A model generated the notes under the pieces. That model did no database searches, was not told the origin of the DNA, and was given only the letters and a program-made list of their open reading frames with translations. From assembly GCF_009914755.1 (NCBI RefSeq), contig NC_060938.1: a stretch of DNA of 64,000 bases. One strand, written 5' to 3'. Positions 1 through 19,670 of the stretch are shown here, piece by piece. The translations under genes and the position numbers were made by a program. Origin of the DNA: the human T2T-CHM13v2.0 reference genome, Homo sapiens. Positions within the stretch are counted from its first letter, which is position 1; every line of letters starts with the position of its first letter.

Positions 1-398
1 GGGGGCTTCAGAGAAGACAGCAATATGAGCTGGAAGGACAGAACTTACAGGAGGAAACCCGGCAAAGGTGAGGCATTAAGGTAGAGGAACCAAGGGCAGG
101 AGTACAAATCTAGGGTATTCTCGAGTGACCTGAATGTTTTCTCCCTGAAGAAACCTTACCCAGCCCAAGTGAGTTCCAGTCCATGTGCCAGTAGAAGAGA
201 GCAATTAGGAACATGGGTGTCAGACTGAGACCCCATTCTGCCACTCAGAGGAGAGAACAAGGGCCCTAGAGCCAGTCTCTGAGGTCAAGTCCTGGCTCAA
301 CCACTTCCTAGCTGTAGGACCCTGGGCAAGTTTACCTAACCTCCCTGTGCCCCAGGTTTCTTTTCTGTAAAATGGAAAGAATAATGGTGTTTACCTCA

Positions 399-728
<330 letters not shown>

Positions 729-2059
729 AAAAGAGTGAATGAGATACTGGGATAAAGGGCATCACACCTGGCACGCAGGAATCTCTCAGTACACCGTGGC
801 CACTGCTACGCTTCTGCATAACCTCACCTCCTCTCATTTCTCTCTTCTGTAAATTTGGGGTTTGGAGAGTTAAAGAGACAGGAAATCCCCTAACATAGTG
901 CTGGCCCATAGGAGGTTCTGGGAGCTGAACCATGCAGGCTTCCGATTCCCAATCAGCAAAGGCTAACGTTGGCTGGCCAGGGGAAGGGACTCTATCTGAA
1001 AACCCTGGCCAACTCAGACCTCAGGTCACCAGGGAAAAGTTGAGGTGACAAAGTGTGCAGGTCAATTGCACTGCCTAGAGCAGTGTGCACATAGCCTAGG
1101 GGAGGGACCAACATTCAGAGAACCCCCTGACAGCAGCCTCCCCTTAAAAATCCTGAGGGACCTTGGTGAAGAAAGAAGGGCCAAGAATATTCCTACACAG
1201 AGCTAGGACTGAGGGCCTCTTGAACTCCTCAGAGAGCAGGCCTGTCTCTGGGCATCTCCATGAATTGGGCCCGCAATTGCCCTGTTAGTACAAGTCACTT
1301 CTAGTCCCTCAGGGCCCACCCAACACTCAGCTTCAGCTGACATTTACGTTGCGCTCACTATGTGTCGGCACTGTAGAAGCATTTTATGTGTGCTATCTCA
1401 TGCAGTCCTCGTGACAAGCCAATGAGAGCTTGATGGGCGGGGAAACAGGGGCAGAGAGAGGCTAAGGAACTTGCACAAGGCCCCAGAGCCAGCATGTGAC
1501 ACACTGAGTAGGACCCAGGCAGATGGTCAGGGCCGATGCTCATAACCGTCCCTCTACACTGTCTCTCACCTGGCCCACCAGGCTCTCCAGGGCCTGGAGC
1601 CCCCAGGCTGCTGGCCACTTCCTCTAGGCAGAAGTGACCCTTCCCTCTCCCAGTATACATGTGACTCTACCTGCACTCACAGAAGTCAGAAACTAGCCAG
1701 AGCCAGGTCTCCCGTGAGCCAGCAGGTGTCCCAAGAGCCAATGCCACAACCTCATGGGCGGGGTGACCACATATCACCCAGGGCCAGGCTCGGGGCCCAA
1801 GTTGCCTGTCCTCCTTGCCCACCTTTCATGGCAGCCAAAAGACTGAGCTGGCAGTGACACCTGTAGACAGCCTGCCTCCATTAAACTATCTCAGAACCAA
1901 TCCTAGGACGTGGGCTCTGGGTACTGGGCAGGCCCCAAAGCCACCTCCCACCCCCAAATAGGAAGCCAACTCCTGGTACAACTCACCAGCCCCAGGGCAG
2001 TTGGGCAGGTGGAAATTGCCAGATGATGCTTTGCTGTGCTTCCAGAATGCTGTTGCTGG

Positions 2060-2078
2060 CCACACACACACACACACA
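2060..2078 (+). repeat. (CA)n microsatellite
   Basis: Direct reading. Confidence 0.85.
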
Positions 2079-2761
2079 GCTGCTGAGGCACGTGAGGTAG
2101 CTGGGTGAACACCAGGGAGGAAAGAGCGTGGCTGTGTGGCACAGACCCCAGCACTCCCCGTAGCTCAGACAGATGCAAACAAAGCCGAATGCTGTCAGGA
2201 CCCCAGAGGCAGCCTCAAAGGGGCGTGCCCATTAAACTGCCAGAGTGCCCTGTCGAGAGCAAGGGCATTTTTTCCTAGCCCATGGGGACGTTTAGAAGAT
2301 TAATTAGAGGAGCCTGGCAGTACTCAAGGGTCCCCAGGGAACTGGGTGAATATATCACCCCCTTCACAAAGCTCTTAACAAGTGTGCCCCGGGCTGGGTC
2401 TTTGTTCAACACTGCAGAAGACAACTAAGTCAGACAGGCTGGACCACCTGTAGCCCCCTCATCTCAGCCAGAAAGTGCTGGCAGCACTCAATGGCCAGCT
2501 CATGACTGTGCTGGAGGGACGCGCCACCCAGGGCCCTGGTCTCTGCCAGCCACAGTCAGTCACGGAACGTGGTTTGAACAGCAGATGGCCAGAAGGACAG
2601 GAGCCACTCCAGATAGTCCACTTCTTGCCATGGCCTTAAGAAGTCCCATTCAAAGTGTCCCTCTTCCTCTAGGAAGCCTTCCTGGCCCTGCTGGCCTGAA
2701 GTGACCTCTCCGTATTACCCATCCCTAGCTTTTACTATTTGCTGCCATGTTTGGGGTTGAG

Positions 2762-3073
<312 letters not shown>

Positions 3074-3570
3074 GAGATTTTAAAATATCATTTATGCAGC
3101 ATTTAGAATGTGCCAGGTACCACAATCAATGCTTTACATACATTATTTGACTTAATCCTCCTAAGAGCCCCATGAAGTGGGTGTGATTATGCCCATTACA
3201 GATTGAGGAAGCAGCAGCTTGGAACGGTCCGATCATCTGTGTGTCCTGTGCTTCCAGACTTTTTCTTCCCATGAGATTGCATTATCTCACACTAGAGTGC
3301 AAACTGCTTCATGGCAGTGAGATATTTACACGTTCTTCTTGTCCCTGAATAGGTACACAGTTAACTAAGAGAGGACTGATTGCTAGTGATTGCTGTGTGT
3401 CAACTGATTAGCCTTAATGAACCCAGAGGTGGCATTAATGAATAAAAACATCATCAGCCATGTGGCCAACTGACCATATGATATGAATCCCTACATGCTG
3501 TGCAGGATTTTAATTACCAAGAAAGGCCCCTGCTGAAGTTGCATACTACTTATCAAGAAACTTTGCTGAA

Positions 3571-3968
<398 letters not shown>

Positions 3969-4207
3969 CTTTGCTGAAATGTTTTTCCTTCATCCCCTTC
4001 AGTGACAGCTGATGGCCACTGGCTTGGAGGGACAAATCCCTGCTGGGCTTAGCATGACCCAGCATGTGCTGCAGGGCGGCCCCAGCAGCCTTGCTGGGAA
4101 CTGCCAGGTTCATCACCAGCCAAGGGCCAAGGGTCAAATAGGCAGCTCCGAAGAGGCGCTGCTGGCTCCAGGTCACGGGACACTGTGTTAGAAGGCACGG
4201 GCCTCAC

Positions 4208-4376
4208 CTTTGGTAGCGTAGGCTTCTGCGATCACCCGCAGCCTGTAGGGCGGGACAGCTGTCAGTGGCAGATCGTCCAGGCCCACCCGGGCGTAAATGT
4301 TCAGAGCTTCTTTATAATCACCTTCCACATAATTCAACTTGGCCATGATCAGATTGGATTCTTGTAGGAATTCTGA
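4208..4376 (-). CDS. TTC7B: TTC7B coding exon 3 (SEFLQESNLIMAKLNYVEGDYKEALNIYARVGLDDLPLTAVPPYRLRVIAEAYATK + 1 nt), TPR-like helices
   Basis: Polypyrimidine tract and acceptor ttttgcttctAG|TCA, donor AAG|GTGAGG; 169 nt, open in phase 0 after exon 2. Confidence 0.95.
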
Positions 4377-4489
4377 CTAGAAGCAAAAGGAGAGAAAGAA
4401 AAGCATTTTCCTACAATATCAGGCATGATGCTCCCTCAGAGTCTGGCCAGCTGCTGCCGTAAAACCCCACAGCTCCCCGCACAAGAGCT

Positions 4490-4945
4490 TGGACGTGAAT
4501 GTTCTGAGCAGTGTTATCCACAATAGCCAAACAGTGGAAACAACCCAAATGTCCACCAAAATGTGGGCTAGCCATAAAATGGAATATTGCTCAGTTGTAG
4601 TAAAGAATGAAGTACTGTTATGCTACAACATAGACGAACCCTAAAAACATGATGCCAAGTGAAAAATCCAGTCACAAAAGGCCACATATTGTATGCTTCC
4701 ACGTGTATGAAATGTCCAGGATAGTCAAGTCTAGAGTTAGAAAACAGATTAGTCTTGGCTAGGAATGGGAGGTGGCTGCTGGTGATAATGGGGTTTCTTT
4801 GGGAGGTGATGAAAATGTTCTAGAATTCATTGTGGTGATGGTTGCACAACTTCATGAATATACTAAAAATCACTGAAGTGGACACTCTGAATGGGTGAGT
4901 TGTATGGTATGTGAATCACACTTCAATAAAGCTGTTGCAAAAACC
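4490..4945 (+). mobile_element. L1MB 3' end fragment
   Basis: GGAAACAACCCAAATGTCC and GATGAAAATGTTCTAGAATT...CTTCAATAAAGCTGTT. Confidence 0.75.
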
Positions 4946-5786
4946 AAACCAAAACAAAACCCTGCGGCTCCCTTCATCAGGCCTGTGGCTGGGCTGGGCC
5001 GGCTGGGAAGGAAGGAATGCTTCATAAGTTAAACATACAAGCACCTGTCTCAGAAAAGGAAGCGGCCAGACATCCTGGTGGGTCTGGCCATGGCACTGGA
5101 GATGCACCACAACCCTGTAACCCAAATAACCAAGGAGAGCCTTCCCAAATGGATGTGAAGATCAGGACTTGCTTGCTTTCCAGGGCGAAGTTTCTCACTG
5201 AGCCATTGAAGTTTCTAAACTGAGGTGACCTGGTACCCTCCCTAGAGGCTAAGGGCTGGAAGTTCTCTGTGGGCCCCCCTTCCTCCCAGTCAGCAAGGCT
5301 GGCCTGGCCAGTCCCCCTCTCCCCAAAGCCTCATCATTGCCTTCCTCCCTGACCCGTCCTCCGGCACCTAGGGAAAGAACAGGCCACCCTGCCACCTATA
5401 TAAGGAAACAGATTTATCTTCTGTGGCCAGACCTTCTCCTCAGAGCCCAAGCGGTTCAAAGCTGAGGTTTTTGCTTACAGAAGCACACCATGAAACCGCA
5501 CTATTTATACTGTAACCTAGAGCTTTGATGAGTGGACAACACGGCCAGGTAGCCAGGTACAGCGTGTTACAGCAGCTATCTCAGCCAGCGTGGTCGGCTT
5601 CCAGGCATTTCTTGGAAGAGGGAGGGACATCAGGCAGCATTGGAAAGGATGGTGCAGTGGACAAGCAGGACTGATGGGAGCAAAAGTGTTTATGGGTGGC
5701 CCAAGGGAGAGGCACCAGAGGAATTAGAATTACATCTGGAGACAGAGAAATCAAAGCAGACTCAGAAAAGAGAAAAAAAGCATCCA

Positions 5787-6077
5787 GGCCGAGTGCGGTG
5801 GCTCACACCTATAATCCCAGCACTTTGGGAGGCCGAGGCAGGCAGATCACTTGACGCCAGAAGTTCGTGACCAGCCTGGCCAACATGGTGAAACCCCATC
5901 TCTACTAAAAATACAAAAATTAGTGGGGCATGGTGGTGCACACCTGTAATCCCAGCTACTCAGGAGGCTAAGGCACAAGAATCACTTGAACCCAGGAGGC
6001 GGAGGTTGCAGTGAGCCAAGATCACGCCATTGCACTCCAGCCTGGATGACAGAGCGAGACTCTGTCTCAAAAAAAAG
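5787..6077 (+). mobile_element. AluS
   Basis: Alu consensus, TSD AAAAAAAGCATCCA. Confidence 0.9.
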
Positions 6078-6219
6078 CATCCACCACAGGGGTTCTCCAC
6101 CCAGGTAGGGGACAGGCCAGGCTTGGGTATTTTGAAAACATTTCCTAGGACATTCTGGGAAGTCTACCCTCCTTCCCCAAGCTTCTAGCCTCTAAGAACC
6201 GTTGGATTAAAGGCGAATT

Positions 6220-6430
6220 GAAAGAGGAGGGGGAATGAGGAGTTAGCATTAATGGACACATCACAAGAGGTTCGCTCTGGGAAGATGCAAAGAGTCCTGG
6301 AGATGGAGGGTGGTGACGGCTGAGTGACAATGGTAATATACTTAACGCCACTACACTGTACACTTACAAAGAGCTATAATGTTAGGTTGTAAGTTATGTA
6401 TATTTTACCAAAAGGGAAAAAAAAAAAGGT
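6220..6430 (+). mobile_element. L1M 3' end fragment
   Basis: AAAGAGTCCTGGAGATGGAGGGTGGTGACGG...ACTGTACACTT with an A-rich end. Confidence 0.6.
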
Positions 6431-7124
6431 TAACAAAAGCAAACTGGAGAGCCAGGTGGAGAAAACGCTTGAAGAAAATTGCAAGCCTAGAGGCACAGCT
6501 TGGACACACTGGGAGAGCCTCCCTGGGCGAGTCCAGTCTCCACCCAAGTACAGGAAACAGCTTGGCCAGGGCGCCTCGGCTGCCTGGGCAGTGGGAGAAC
6601 AGCCCCAACACAGTGTCAGGGGCCACCTTGCTCACAATAAGGACCATTTTCTTGCCTTGAATCACAAGCCAGATGTCCTGACTCCTAGTCCAGGACTCTT
6701 TCCATCCCACTACATGCCTGGCTGGCTCTGGTCTTCCCAGCCTCAATTCACTTAAGACAAGCTGGACTTAAGCTCAAGGAAAGAGAAAGTTTCACATTAG
6801 TTGGTGTGAGTAGGACAGCACACCCATGCAAAAGATGTACGGCTTTGGAACATTCTTTATAAGATGGAGGAAGGTGAAAAAGAGCAATGGGAGAAAAAAA
6901 TTCTCTAGGTAGAACTAATAACATAGCAAGAAATGATGTGTATCTAGTGCTATACAGCTTTGAAAGAATTTCTCCATTTGAGCCTCAAAACAATCCTGGG
7001 TTAAGTAGGCCTGCAGCTGAGAAACATGAAGCTCAGAGAGGTTAAGTAACGTCCCAAGATCACACAGCTTATAAATCCAGAACTGGACTCAGACTCAAGC
7101 ATTTTAACTTGAATTAAATTCAAC

Positions 7125-7422
7125 AGCTGGGTGCAGTGGCTCAGGCCTGTAATCCCAGCACTTTCGGAGGCCGACGCAGGCAGATCACCTGAGGTCAGCA
7201 GTTCGAGACCAGCCTGGCCAACATGGTAAAACCACGTCTCTATTAAAAATACAAAAATTAGCCAGGTGTGGTGGCATGCGGCTGTAGTCACAGCTACTCA
7301 GGAGGCTGAGGCATAAGAATTGCTTGAACCTGGGAGGTGGAGGTTGCAGTGAGCCAAGATGGTGTCTGGATGACAGAACAACACTCTGTCTCAAAATAAA
7401 TAAATAAATAAAAAATAAAATA
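7125..7422 (+). mobile_element. AluS with small right-arm deletion
   Basis: Alu consensus, (TAAA)n tail. Confidence 0.85.
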
Positions 7423-7744
7423 AATTCAATGGGCTTACTACCACACTGCATTGTAGAGGATGGAAAGCAAAACCTATCAGCACCTGGTGAAATGAAAAGT
7501 GAATTTTTCAAGATGAAGTTGGGGGGCGGGTAGACGGGGGAAAGAAACAAGCCAGATCTCTCCCCTCACACCTCCCAGCAGGACACTTGAGTCTGGCTGG
7601 CCATCACTGTGAGCTGTGGCCCATGTGCCTGCTGTCCCTTCACTCTCTCCTGCTGATCAAGACCTACCACCTGTGTCCCCAGATCAAGACCTACCCCTGT
7701 GTCCACCTGTGTCATCATGTCATCGGTTAAGAACATATGAGATG

Positions 7745-8039
7745 AGGCCGGGAGCAGTGGCTCACGCCTGTAATCCCAGCACTTTGGGAGGCTGAGGTGG
7801 GCGGATCACGAGGTGAGGAGATTGAGACCATCCTGGCTAACACGGTGAAACCCTGTCTCTACTAAAAATACAAAAAATTAGCCGGGCGTGGTGGCGGGTG
7901 CCTGTAGTCCCAGCTAGTCAGGAGGCTGAGGCAGGAGAATGGCATGAGCGCGGGAGGCAGAGCTTGCAGTGAGCGAAGATCACGCCACTGCACTCTAGCC
8001 TGGGTGACAGAGCCAGACTCCATCTCGAAAAAAAAAAAA
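7745..8039 (+). mobile_element. AluY-like
   Basis: GACCATCCTGGCTAACACGG and GGAGAATGGC; TSD AACATATGAGATG. Confidence 0.85.
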
Positions 8040-9643
8040 CATATGAGATGGATGAGATGGAGATGGGGTTTCGCCATGTTGGCCAGGCTGGTATTGAACT
8101 CCTGGCCTCAAGTGATCTGCCACACACCAAAGTGTGGCATGGCCCTTACAGAGAAACTGAATGGGGAAAGAGAAGACCTGGTTTTTGAAGCCCAAATGCA
8201 GCAGGGAGTCTTTAAGTACCTGGGATCCCTATGCTGAGCTGACCTCTCCAGCCACCCCCTAGGGGCCTGGGGCAAGATCCCTGTGTTGAGATGACGCTCT
8301 CCAGCCACCTCCTAGCGGCCTGGAGCTGTGTCCCGTGCATACAACATACACAGAGACAATTTTGAAAGCAGCTCTCTATCAGGGTTTCCAGAAGCCTGTT
8401 GCTGCACAACTGACCAACACCAATACTAACTTACTCAAAGGTTGCCCAGGCCCTCCATTGCAGCAGGGCCAAGGAGGTGGCCAGATGACCAAGAGGAGGA
8501 ACAGCTCAAATTGAAAGCTCACAGGCTTAGAACATGCAGGAGCCGGGAAGGTCCAAGCTCACCCCTTTAAGAGCCCACCCCATTCAAACCTAAAGAAACT
8601 GAGCTGCAGAGAGGCGAGTAACCTCCCCGGGGTCACACAGCAAGTCGGGAGCAGGCTGGAGTTTGCAGTACAGATATGAAATGTAAAGCCAAAGAAAGCA
8701 TGGCTTCCCGGGGGGAAGCGTGCACACACAAACAAGAATAAAGACCAAAAATGGAGTCTCAGAGGATTCCGAGACAGGAAGAGAAGAAAAATGAGAAAGA
8801 AGTCATCAAAGTTAAAAGGAAACGGAAGTCAGAGCTCCAGAAGTTCACCAAAGACTGTCCTCAGTGGGAAATACATCCTGGGGAAGACAGGCAGCATGGA
8901 GCGGGCCACAGACAGCCATCTGAACTAGGGGAAGCATCTAGAGCCAGGGGAGTGTGAGCCACCTGGGAGGCAGAAGGGCAGGGCGGGAAGAGGAGATGAC
9001 CCCCATGAAAAGCAAAAGGAACTGATGAGGAGTCCAAGAAGAAAGGAAGGAAAGCCACGTGAGAGGGAATGGAAACCTGGGTGTAATGAGACCGGAAAAC
9101 AGAATGGACAGATAGGGGGCAGCACCTAAGATTCCTTGTGCCTGAGGGTGAGGGTTCTTGCTGAGACGTGGGGAAGTTCCTGGCCCCCTCCCAACTGTGA
9201 CGCCAGGCCTGCTGGCACCAGTATGGAACCTCCCACAGCTCTGGGCCACAGTGGCTTCTTACATTGATGAGCAGGAAGCTGTGCGCTGAGCATCCTTCTG
9301 ATTAACTTCTCTCTTTTCTAGAACTGCGTAACATGTCAGGTTAAGCTCTGGGTTATATCGGATAGCTTTAGTTCAAGCGTCTGAGAGATAAGTGGCATTG
9401 TGCAGATGACGTGTCATTGAAGACTCTCATCAGAGAGACCCTATTGGCCCAGAAGCCCCCACAGTGGTCAGCCAGCCTAGAGATTGGCACATCCACCCAA
9501 CTGGGAGCTGGCCCGCTTCTAAGAAGACAAGCCCTGGCAGTGTGCAGGTGAGCTCCAAACGTCACCCGGCTCAACCCTGGGCACCCTTCTCAACCCCACA
9601 CTGTCCAAAGGAAGTGTCGCCTCAGCCCAGAGGCCCATGGTAC

Positions 9644-9798
9644 CTTAAGGTTCCCTCGGTCCAGGGCGGCGGTCAGATGCTTGCGGACCTCAGTCAGCTG
9701 GGGCTTGGGGCCTCGGGGACTGGCCCCCTGCCTCAGGGGGTGTTCCTTCAGGTACTGCTCCAGCTTCGACTCCCCGAGGAGAAGCTCTGCCATGTCAT
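9644..9798 (-). CDS. TTC7B: TTC7B coding exon 2 (DDMAELLLGESKLEQYLKEHPLRQGASPRGPKPQLTEVRKHLTAALDRGNLK)
   Basis: Acceptor ttgtttttgtAG| and donor AAG|GTACCA; 155 nt; cumulative 276 nt = phase 0; peptide visible in ORF 9590..9910. Confidence 0.95.
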
Positions 9799-10051
9799 CT
9801 ACAAAAACAAAGTGAGAACAAAGTGGGAGCAAGGAATGGCCTGCATGTAGGACCCCCTCACTCAAGGGACCCCAGAACCACCACCCTCCGAGGCTCCAGG
9901 CCCCCAGCAAGGTCCTTCTGGAACTTCATAGCCTTCATAGGGTCTAAGTGGGCACCACCTCATAGTGAATTCAGTTCATTTAAAGAATGTTCCAGTAGCA
10001 TGTACTCAAATAGGTGTTGGCTCAAACACTCCATCATTTCTTTGCCAGTAG

Positions 10052-10381
<330 letters not shown>

Positions 10382-11350
10382 TCAAGTTCAGTAGGAAAAA
10401 AACAAAGGTGGCTTATGATGTGTTCATTATGATCTTTATAAAACACACACAAACCCCAGTGTTACGTATTTTCAAGAGTGGCGCGATGAAATCCCCAGCT
10501 CTGGTGCTGTATTCTATGCAGCTGGTGGAATGTCTGTACAGCCAGATCTTAAGATGAGTCTGTGTCAAAATGACCTGAACGCAAGTCTGTATTCTTGCAG
10601 AGTAACAGAGTGTTCGTCTGTTTCTGTCTAAAAGTCATAACTATACAGATATCTGGGAATGCTTGCATGAAGCTTTTACTCCCGAGAGCATACTACTACT
10701 TACGGTTATAACTTGTTGATGTCTATATTGGCTTAATTCAAATGAAAAGTTCACTCCAGGAGCAGCTCTTTGTAATCCACACCACCCCCCAGACTCTTCT
10801 GAATAAACCCAGAACAACTCATACACCAGCCTAAGCATGGTCTATTTTTCTGGGATGGGACAGAACATAATTGTATTAAAATATAAAATCAGTTTTAAAA
10901 GGTCTGGAAGGACATATCTTAAGGCCATGATAGTAGTTACAGCTGGGGTGCTGGGGAGGGGACCTCAACTGGGGTTGGTGGCAAAAATGGACTTTAGCTT
11001 TGTCTTTAACATCCTGGTCCTAAAAAGAAGACTAGATTTACCTATTATATATGCAATCTAAAATTAATTCAAAAAGTCATCAGCGAGGACCCCCCTAAGA
11101 TTCTGGGTGGTAAGTCCACCAAAGGCCAAGAGCTAAAACAAAAGCCTTTTCCACATGTTCTGAGAAGCTGGCCCAAAACTGCTGAATCTATAGGTCTTAG
11201 CATGCTCTATCTATGTACTGGGAAGCCTAAAATAACCTTTTAGAGATGAGACCTAGAGTTCTGGGAGGAGCCAATTAACACGAAAACAGGGCTGAGTTCA
11301 GGTACTGAACTCAAGAACTCATTAGACATGCAAGAAGAAAAAGCAAGTCT

Positions 11351-13565
<2,215 letters not shown>

Positions 13566-14909
13566 TGATCACTGTTTATAGAAGTCTGTCTAAATATCTA
13601 CCTTTATATCTGTCTGTGTCCCTACAAAGATGTCTAAAATGATCATCACTTAGTGTAAACAATAGGAATTTCTGAATGATAAGATTTGGGATAATTTTTA
13701 AATTCTCATCTTTGTGGTTTAAATTATTTACATTGAGCAAAATTCTTTTATATCACTTTTAGAAAAAAAAAAAAGTAACTCTTCTTTAAAAACTGGAAGT
13801 ATATATACCAGGATATTAATAGTGGTTACTTCTGAGTGGTAAGACTATCCATCTATGTAGAACTTCTTTTCTGTATATTTTTAAATTCCAAAAAACAAAA
13901 TAAAATAGAACTTGGGATTCAGAGTCCTAGATTTAAACCCAAATTTGTCACTCGGTGACTTTGGCCCAATGATTTAACTTCATTGATTCTGGGAAGCAAT
14001 TCCAAGAAAGCACCTCTTTCGGCCTGAGCGGAGGACTCCTCTCTCCCCACCCCTCCTCACGACCTCACCCCTCCTCGCCTCCCTGCCACAGGGACCCTGC
14101 ATCTGAAAATGGCTCCTCTGGGCAGAATCTCCAAGCCAGGGAGCAGAAACAACGGGAGATCAGGACCCCTGCTACCTATTCTAGCTGTGGGGGCACATGA
14201 CTTACCCTCTCAGAGCCACAATTCCATTTACAGACTGTGGGCTAGAGCTACTGAGTTCTCAGTGGGAAAACTCTATGGCCCAGAGTGAACACACCTCCCA
14301 GCTGGGCCTCAGAGGATGAGTAGGACCTGGGCTGGCAAAGAGCAGAGGGAAGGGCAAACCAGGCTGAAGGAACAGCACAACCAAAGCCACAGCACAGAGC
14401 CCAGGAAAGCGGAGAGAACCAAGTGGCAGGGGAATAGGATGTGGATAGAAAGCTGGAGAATCAAGCTGGGATCAGAATGCCCAGATGTCAATGCTTCCTG
14501 CTCCTGACCTCCCGACTCAGCACCCCCACCACAGGGAGACATCCAAAGCCCTCAGCAATGGAAAACAGGTCCTGGCCAAGTGTCACATGTGCCACCCCTT
14601 TGGAATGCTCTGGCATCCTGAGGACACCATTCACCGCTACTTAGTGAACACCTACGAATATTCCAAGCGCTGCAGACCTCTCCTCCAGGTGCCTCATCCC
14701 AAACCACCTCGAGCAGCCCCAGGAACCCTGAGCACCCTGGGTGTTCATCAGTCTGTCTGCCCCTTCTAGACTGTAAGGAGGAGGCCTAAAGGAAGAACCT
14801 GTGTGTTGTGCACAATATCTGGCACAAAGTCCATGCTCAATAAATGGTGAATTAATTAGATGATGGGGAAGGCATCTGCATCTTCCCCAGGGTTAGGGTG
14901 GTCATTGCC

Positions 14910-15405
14910 TGTGGCAGAGTCTGCTTGTTGTCCCAGAATATTCACTCTCCCTTTCTTCCTTTAGTATTAAAATTCCCATGTTTTATCAGAGCACGCGCCT
15001 GCCCAGTTAAAGACTACACTTCCCAGGCTCCCTGATGGCGACATGCTGCCCCGTGACTACGTTATGACGATGGGATGGGAGCAGAGGTGTTGCACGCAGC
15101 TTCTGGGCTTGGCCTTTAGAGGGAATAGGCTTGCCCGCCAGTCCCTGTTCACCCTCCCCCATAGGCTGGACCTTGGCAGTGCTGATGGAAAATGGCACGC
15201 CCATCTGAGACCACAAGCTGGAAGCCACCTATTGAGGATGAGCAGAGCAGAGCAGCGCCACACAAGGCTTGCTAGATCCCCAACACCAGGAGCTGCCACC
15301 GAGCCCCCGACTGCTTATGTGAGAGTGAAACATGAACTTCTATCCTGATCTACTTTCTAAGTCACTGTGATCTTTGTTACAGGGGCCAAACTGGAATCTT
15401 AACCA
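14910..15405 (+). mobile_element. Old MLT1 (J/I-like) LTR
   Basis: AGACTACACTTCCCAGGCTCCCT motif and TTTGTTACAGGGGCC end. Confidence 0.55.
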
Positions 15406-15653
15406 GATCTCCCAAACAAGAAACCAGCTTCAGGCTGAGAACTCCTATCTGGAAACACCCCACCAACCTCAAGTCCTCAAGTTTACCGGTCTCCAAACAG
15501 AATTCCCAGAACCCAACTGAGGGCCTTTGCAGAATCCGCAGACCCTGCACTTCTCCTGCTGCTTTGGTTTTACATCCCAGGCTTGCCAAATTTTTATTTA
15601 AACAATGGGTTTCATAGTTGCAGAGAGGTGTAAAAACTGCTACCCAAGTGCTA

Positions 15654-18021
<2,368 letters not shown>

Positions 18022-18529
18022 GAGAGAAAGGGGGAACCGTCAGGGGAGTTTCCTGCTAGGCAGGTAGGTATCGGCTCCTCAGTTCCAAAAGGAGCTGCCT
18101 GCTCTGAGCAGGGAAGTTACAATCTCATTTGAAATTGAGCATGGTGGCTGCAAAACAATTTCCGAAATTTTTCAAAAGTCCAGGCGCTAAGTTAATCTCC
18201 CAACAAATTATGTTTTCTTTGCTTCCCTCAAAAAAGGTGAATTCCCTGCCACTCACTCTCCCAATCAGGAGGGCAGAGATATTAAAAACATCAAGAGTCA
18301 GGCCAAAGAAATCATCCAGAGGCTGCATAGTTCAGTCCTAAATGATAGAGGGGCACTGGGTGGTGTGACCAACACTCCATGAGCACTGCCTGCCCTTGTC
18401 AGGGACCTCGTGGGCTCCCAATTCAGAACCCACTAGCAAGAAAAGACATCACCTAACCAGCATTTATTACCTAATAACGTGTCCAGCTGCAAGGTAGAAC
18501 AGTGTGACAAGAGGGAAAAAAGGCACTCC

Positions 18530-18960
18530 AGGGCATATGAGAAAATTAATTCCAGATAGATTAAAGAATTAAATATAAAACAAGATCAAAACATTAAAGC
18601 TAGACTTTTACTTCCAGCCAAGAAAGAGTAATAGGGACCAAATTTACTCTCCTATCTGAGACTACCACAAAAACAAGACAAAAAAAAAATGTTTTCAAGA
18701 CATTGGGCATCAGGCAACAAAGAACAGTGACCCGTGAGAGCTGGGTAACAAACAAGGTGAGCCCACTACGGCCTTGAGAGCTTCCAGGTGCAACACAGAA
18801 GCGGGGACCTTACACTCGAATTGTGCGCAGGAAAGGCTTAAATCCCCCATGTGCCTACGCACTCACCAGGCAGAGTGTGGCACACAGCTGGTCGTGGAGC
18901 AGCCGGACTGCAAAGTGGGGCCAGAAGTGCAGTTTACAGAAAGGAGAGGCCACAGCTAGT
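18530..18960 (+). mobile_element. Old L1M fragments (including 5'-end-like sequence)
   Basis: AATTAATTCCAGATAGATTAAAG and ACTTCCAGCCAAGA...GACATTGGGCATCAGGCAAC motifs. Confidence 0.45.
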
Positions 18961-19670
18961 GCAATGCAGGGGAAAGAGCTTTGGCCTCTGGCAGCCCTGG
19001 GCTTAAATCCCACCTCCCTTGCTCGCTAGCCGTGTGGCACTGGGCAAGACACTTAACCTCTCTGAGCCTTAGTTTTCTCACTTGGGTATCATGAGGATTA
19101 GAGATAATATGTAACGCACATAGTCTGAAGTAAGTGGTGAATAAACATTAGCTACTGTTATTACCATCCATTTAGGATTGACTATTTCCCAGAATAGTTA
19201 TGTTGGATCTTGTGGGGCCAGAAAGCTCTAGGAGACACAAGCTCCGTGTTCAACAGGCCTGCAATGTAGCAGGAGGATATGAATGCTGTGTGAGTCATTA
19301 ATAGCCCAGCCATGCTGAGCTCATACGAAGTGCCATGCAGTATGGTGAGCAGTTTACCCGATCCTGATAGTCCTGGAAACAATACTAGGATGCTATTATC
19401 ATCTCCATCTCACAAACAGGGAACCAGGCAGGAGAGGGGAGCAGCATCCCTAAGGCCACAGAGCTGGTTCATCCTGGAGCTGCGTTTGAACGCAGGCAGT
19501 CTCCCTACACTCTCTCCGGCACGCCATGCACAAACTATACCATCAGCCTCCAGAAGGGGCCCAGCTTCCCTCCCAACCAGCTGGGTGACCCCGGCCCACT
19601 TAACCCCTCTGGGGCAGAGGCTGGATGGATGGTTTTGAAGTCCCTCTCCTTCACTTGCTAGGATTCTCAG

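Noticed and set aside
10480-10585. Box C/D snoRNA-like pattern (CGATGA ... CTGA with short GCG/CGC stem) within non-repeat-looking sequence
   Set aside because: Imperfect C box, antisense to the host intron, no recognisable rRNA guide; a retrocopy origin for 10480-10880 could not be supported either (no poly-A or TSD)
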